Part shown: piece by piece, positions 51,554-57,172 of the stretch
Numbering within the stretch: position 1 is the first letter of the stretch
Layout: every line of letters starts with the position of its first letter
DNA from: Priapulus caudatus
Taxonomy: Eukaryota
DNA length: 57,172 nucleotides
Direction of reading: 5' to 3'
Assembly: GCF_000485595.1 (NCBI RefSeq)
Contig: NW_014577074.1
Coordinates: 155,319 to 212,490, forward strand
Translations under genes and position numbers: made by a program
The notes under the pieces: generated by a model
What the model was told of the DNA's origin: nothing
Databases searched by the model: none
What the model saw: the letters and a program-made list of their open reading frames with translations, nothing else

Positions 51554-51777
51554 CAGGGTTCTCCAAGAGCACTTATAAAATAGCCTGGCGGCCCGCCAGG
51601 CTATCATCGAGCCCCGCCATCCTAAAATGCACCCGCCACTCTAAATATCATAGCCACCATGCTAAATATCATAGCCCCCGGACCCCCCTAGCATGCAAAC
51701 CGCCTTCGGCAATTTGCAACTATAGGACCGTAAAGGCAGCACCCCCATGCTATAATGAAAAAGCTTGGAGAACCCTG
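51554..51777. mobile_element. hAT-like MITE
   Basis: 14-bp perfect TIR cagggttctccaag; TSD unclear. Confidence 0.7.
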
Positions 51778-51823
51778 ACAACCACATTATTTCGCGCGCT
51801 ATCATATAAATCACGTAGTATTA

Positions 51824-52787
51824 CAGTAAAACTCGCATAAGTCGACACTTTTGGGACCAGCATATTTGTGCCGACTTTGGAAAATAACGACATACGTGTA
51901 AGTCCTCATTTTGTAGACTTATATGTAAGTCGCCCAAATGATGACTTATGCGCGTATATCATCATTTTGACGATTTACAAAGCCGGTATTTCGACGACTT
52001 GTTACTCGGGCTCATAGGGTCTATGTCCCCCAGGGTACTGTTGAAACGTACCCTGGGTACGGTCTGGTATACCGGAACGTACCCTGGTCACTATTTGATA
52101 TGGTTAGGGTTAGGATTAGGGTTAGGGTTTGGGATAGGGTTAGGGAGTAGGCGTGGGCGACTCCCTAGACTCGTTAGTGGAGTAGACGAGGTACGGTCCG
52201 GCATATTAGATAGTACCAGGGTACGTTCCGGTATACCGGTCCGTACCCAGGGTACGTTCCGGCAGTACCCCGGGAGACATAGACCCTCTCAGCGTCACTT
52301 GGAGAGTGTCAAACTGATAATTGATATTTCGCCAGGCTTTATATCTACATTAACTACTTTTGCGATGTGATGTGACTGTTTCCACGCGAGCTAAAAAAAA
52401 CAATGCGTCCAAGCGAACAATGCGAATGAAACAATCGGTGCACACAGCAACAACTCATGTAAACTCTACAGGCGATCGTCGGTTCGACCTAGCACATATA
52501 TCTGCAACAGGCAAATCGCACATCCCCTAGACCGTACACTGCGCCATCGGCATTTCTGATGACGACTTACAGATGGGAAATTACTGTTGTTTGTATTACA
52601 TGGGACCTGTCAGAGGGCGCCGACTTGCACATAATGATTAATGACGATTGACGGATAGTTATAAATGACGACTTCGTCGGGCCAATTCCAATGGATTTAC
52701 TATGAGAGAAAATCGGGACTTTCAACTTCCATGACGACTTATGCGATTTGACGAGTTAGACGATGACGACTTATGCGAGTTTTACTG
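51824..52787. mobile_element. Tc1/mariner-pogo (Tigger-like) non-autonomous element
   Basis: 21-bp TIR cagtaaaactcgcataagtcg; TA TSD; acgact subterminal repeats. Confidence 0.85.
52010..52293. mobile_element. TTAGGG-containing Mutator-like MITE nested in the pogo-like element
   Basis: Same family as 22499-22740; 9-bp TSD gttactcgg / gtcacttgg. Confidence 0.8.
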
Positions 52788-52821
52788 TAGGCCTAGTAGT
52801 TAGTACTAGAAGTAGAATTAC

Positions 52822-53004
52822 CATGTGAAGGTTGCGGTCAAACGCATTTTTAATCACACGGACTTTCGCCTCGTTTTCTTTTGGAAACTCCACAACCTGC
52901 CCAAGCACGAGGTGCACATCTTTGAAGGTTTCTTCCATGGTCCAAGCAGGCGGTATTACTTTTTTGCTCTTCTCAAATATCTCCTTTAGATTTCTTTTGG
53001 CCAT
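52822..53004 (-). CDS. MRPS17: Mitochondrial ribosomal protein S17 (uS17m), coding exon 1 (MAKRNLK...VLGQVV...AKVRVIKNAFDRNLHM)
   Basis: ATG in strong aaaATGG context (alternative in-frame ATG at 53100); phase-0 donor atg|gtaatt; G.V.....AKVRV motif of the S17 OB fold. Confidence 0.85.
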
Positions 53005-53163
53005 TTTCAGAAAATCAGTATAAAATAATCTCAATATTTCATCGCATGACAAACAGGATGCGGGTGCTGTACCGAAATCGCACAGTGATGCCTGTCTCAT
53101 ACTGCCATCTCTCGGACATATGGACTAAACTCCTGCAGTACACTTGGCGTAGTGAGTCGAATA

Positions 53164-53299
53164 CATAGAGTTGTATAAATATAAATTCAATATATAACTC
53201 TAATGGGTCTAATATATAACTCTAAGGGGTATATAACTCATAACTCTAAGGGGTATATAACTCTATATAACTCTAAGGGGTCTAATATATAACTCTATG
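53164..53299. mobile_element. P-element-like MITE upstream of MRPS17
   Basis: catagagttgtata ... tatataactctatg; perfect 8-bp TSD gtcgaata; internal tataactcta repeats. Confidence 0.85.
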
Positions 53300-56288
53300 G
53301 TCGAATACCATCTTTTTCCACAACCAGGTGCCGCTACACACTTAGAAAATTCTATGTATCAATGGTATGTAAAGTACAATATCAGATAGCTCGCACCAAC
53401 GCGCTATGTATGCATAAATAATATTAATACTAAAATTATGAAAAACATCGAAATTAAATGGTTTTAGGCAAGGTAATGCAAAACTTGTGAACGTCGCCCG
53501 CGTTTATCTCATAACATGTGGGCAATGCGTATCGCCAGAGAAAGGGGCGCAGAAGAGTTACTGGCCCACCAGATGAACCGCCACCACCCAGTCGATGAAA
53601 AAAATATCAGTAACTCGTTAGGAACGATCTATGAACAAATTTGCAGTTGCGTTGCCTGCGATTGATTTAATAACGAACAATACTCGAGGATAGGGAAACC
53701 AAACGATTGTTAGGATCTTGCGTAAATCATTAACTACAATTTCGACAAGTCCTTGAGTTTTGCATTAAAACAATTGCTTTCATTTGCACTCAATGTATGG
53801 TTTCGCTTTTTAGATTACCGACATCTAGCAGTAATACTCATTTAACTGAATTCAATGCGAAGAATGTTAATCAGTGCGAAGTTGGCGCTAGAATACACGC
53901 TCGATACAAAGAGCTACAAGCGAGAAATGAATACGAAAACTGAAAAAAAAAAACATAAATACGGCAAGAACTATAAACTGATATACTATAGCTAAGTAAA
54001 GATGTGTACCTTCATCCACACGGATGTGAATGTGCGCACGTATACCGCCCGACCGCGTGTACGTGTTCGCCTGCAGGCGTGCGTGGATACGCGAATTTGC
54101 ACGTACACGCATGCGCGCAGATACACACATGCATGCGAACACATACACTCACGCGCACACATACACAGCGACAAGCACATACGCGCATGTGCCAATGCAT
54201 GTGCGAATACACTCCTTCTCACACATGCACGCCCAAGTGCATGCATACCTGGCATGGTTCTGAGAACAGATACGCGCGTACGTGCAATGGGCAAATCACG
54301 GTCGCGTGTATTTGCACACATGCGCGAGCGGACCCACGGAGCATGGGTGCGCAAAGACGGACAAATCCGCATGGGTAACCCATCAGATAGTCTAGTGACA
54401 TGCAGCATGACAACACCACCACCTCGGCTCTGCGCTTGTGTACGAGTGCGCTTGTGACAAACGAAGTGAATCTGCAACGCGGCACCTAAGATTTCATAGC
54501 CACCCAAAGCTACCTTAGCATCCTTACCTGACCCGTTGTGTTTTAATACAATAAACTGTATTATATAGGTAACAGGGTTAGTGCCTGAAAGGGGTTAGGC
54601 TGGCCCCACCGTCAGGCAGATATCAGTAACTGGTCGGAGAACGACAATAAAAAATATATATTGGAATGAGTTACTACTCACTCCATCTGCGGATATATCG
54701 CAGCCACCTTAGATAAAGCTACTGCTACCTTTGCATTCGTAAAAGCACCAATTCTTCTCAGTGCATTAACTTCTCAAGTTTTACTCGGACAATAACATAT
54801 GCGTAGGCCCTGCGGCACTCCCTGTGCTTCCAGAGAAAGAGCATACCCCGCTAATGCTTATTATTAAATTATCTCTATTCTTGAGAATCGAGGTTTTTGA
54901 AGATAAGAATGAGTTTCAGAATAAGCTAAATAAATTTGTAATAAACGATTTTAAATAAAAAACTTATATCCTATAATTAATTATATAACCAAACTGTTAT
55001 TCTTTGGTAGTATTCTTCGAGTGTCACTTTTAAAATTCGGATAATCCAAGAGTCGTAGAGAAATAAAGAGGAGAATACTCTTGTCTCCTAACGCAGGACA
55101 TGCTGGTCCGGTCTGATATTGTCATGTAATCTGTAGAACACCACTGGGTTCTGACAAGACAAATAAATAATAACCCTCAATCAGTTTTATCAGAATAACC
55201 GGGCAGCGCTGACCGGTACTCGTACCACGTAATAATCACGGTCCTGCCAACAATCATCAATACCACGATTTAGCGCATTGGCACTGACCGCAGAAGCGTT
55301 ACACAATGAGCCTTTATCGACCTGCATGCCCAGCGCTTACAAAAGACGGACGGCCATTTTCGTGCCGCTGACGCGTGGTGCTGGTGGTGGTGCGCAATTA
55401 CGAGCACAAGCACACACGCCTCGTCCGCACACAATGATCCATCCGTCCACGCGCCGCCAAGAATGGGGTGAGCTTCCCGCCTCACCCACCTGCTTCTGCC
55501 CTATCCAACACACATGCACATATACCGCTATAGCACGCGCCTTTGTATACCGTTAATCCGCGCAGGGTACCCCATACCGGCGTGCCAGCTGCCCGGAGAA
55601 ATGTCAAACTGTTTTGTTATGTTAATCACGAGAGGTATTCGGGGGCGCTTCAAAAACAATAACGGTACAAAATGCGCCCGAACGCAATTCACGGACGCTC
55701 ACAGTTGGCAAGAGTGTACTGGTGTTTCCATTGTACTAATCATGCCATTATGCTACGATGCAGGTGAAAAAACCGTTGGTCATTTGTACTGGGCTATTCA
55801 GCGTGTGACATGTTTACTAATTCGTTTATTTGGTCATTAACTCACTCATTTGTTCCCGCAAATCTTTATTTATCCCCTTTCTTTATACTCGTTGCTATTA
55901 TTTATCACCGTTTGCTCTGACATCGCGAAATTGTTCCTCCTTTTTGTTATAATGAAAAGCTAACTCGCTTGTGTGGAGTGACTGGGTTGGAGATTGGACA
56001 ATCAATTTCGCCCTCTATTATCTAATCGAGAATTGTGATATATGAAGTAATCGTATTCTTTGATTGGAAAATGGCATGTGAACATAACAACAATAACAAC
56101 GACGAAGACGACAACAGCAACAAAAACAAAAACAAAAAAACACAATATTTTTTAGCCCTGTTAGCCTCTGTTGATGGCGATTATTTTCCGGAGTCCATCA
56201 TCTTCATTCTGATTACGGTTTTATAGTTATTCTGTCTCTCACAATCGCTAATACAATCCTATTTAATACTAGAATTATAAGATAACAT

Positions 56289-56388
56289 CAGGAGTAGATA
56301 ATAAAAGATTCTAGAAGATTCTAAAAGATAATAGAAGATAATAGAAGATAATAGAAGATAATAGAAGATCTTCTATTATCTACTCCTG
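56289..56388. mobile_element. P-like micro-MITE with an internal 10-bp tandem repeat
   Basis: caggagtagataat ... attatctactcctg; 7-bp TSD ataacat; (atagaagata)n inside. Confidence 0.85.
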
Positions 56389-56690
56389 ATAACATCTATA
56401 CTACCTCAATTTCCCGTCGCGCTAAAGATATGCTGCACTAACTCGAGCCGAGATAGATTTGAATAAATAAATAAATAAATAAACAAATAATTAAATAAAT
56501 AAATGCTCAATCACGCAAATAAATAAATAATTCAAAAAATAAATAAACAACAAATAAACAAATGTCTGTACAACGCTCGTCAGTGCGCACTCCGGTAACA
56601 TCGTCGCGAGTTTCCTCGTACGTTGAACGTCGGTACATGGCCGCGCGTTCCTCTCTCATACTCACTACGCATTCTACTACATAGTACACA

Positions 56691-56938
56691 CTATATTATA
56701 TATATATACGCTATACCTACCAGGTTATCTACATGATAGTAGTCATTCATTCGCGCAGTCATCATAAGCCGGCGCCTGCAGCATGGCGTGGGAGCGCACG
56801 AGCGACGTGAAAGGGGGGAGGGTGCCGCGGGGGCGCCGGCGGCGGCGGACCCGCACGTGCCGCTAGCGGCCGCATCGACACCGTCATTACAAGCGTTACG
56901 GCAGATAACGCGCGGCGGGAGCAGGCGCATCTGATCGC
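56691..56938 (-). CDS. Possible terminal exon of an unidentified gene entering from beyond the right edge
   Basis: tttttaacag acceptor, then GC-rich open frames, then a U-rich 3'UTR-like tract (56460-56560); reading frame and product not determined. Confidence 0.3.
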
Positions 56939-57078
56939 CTGTTAAAAACCGCATGCAGACGTGCGCCGCGCGCCGCGTCCGTGCGTGAACGCTTTCTTGT
57001 TAAAATCGCGCGCACGCGGGCAATCTCTGATGCGAGAGATAGAACAATGCGATCGCTGTGACCAGTGGGCACCGTGGT

Positions 57079-57079
<1 letters not shown>

Positions 57080-57172
<93 letters not shown>
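57080..57172. repeat. (CA)n microsatellite running off the window
   Basis: Seen directly. Confidence 0.97.

Noticed and set aside
53888..54507. Cluster of overlapping ORFs on both strands
   Set aside because: Degenerate CA/CG dinucleotide low-complexity sequence with no protein motifs

Overview
Eukaryotic (invertebrate metazoan-type) genomic DNA with spliceosomal introns, dense non-autonomous DNA transposons and microsatellites. Two convergent spliced genes can be built with phase-consistent GT-AG junctions. (1) An OSGIN1/2 (OKL38)-family flavoprotein on + : join(24686..24755,40542..40675,41418..41609,41963..42054,43484..44570), 524 aa. (2) Mitochondrial ribosomal protein S17 on - : join(53004..52822,49228..49097,48593..48375), 177 aa. 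The ORF track shows only fragments of either. Much of 11.7-38.5 kb looks like redundant long-read gap-fill around two 25-N gaps: a 5.5-kb direct duplication, a re-read of 19.7-23.3 kb, and a ~6-kb inverted copy of 19.7-25.7 kb that carries a second, frameshifted OSGIN first coding exon. I found no convincing novel multi-gene system. The best leads are: a candidate spliced uORF whose TGA overlaps the OSGIN ATG; tiny P-like palindromic MITEs with 7-bp AT-NNN-AT target duplications, one present/absent between copies; TTAGGG-carrying TIR elements, one with a ~13-bp target duplication; hAT-like elements with 6-bp TSDs; and deeply nested Helentron-type elements. All family assignments come from recalled motifs and terminal/TSD structure, not database searches.
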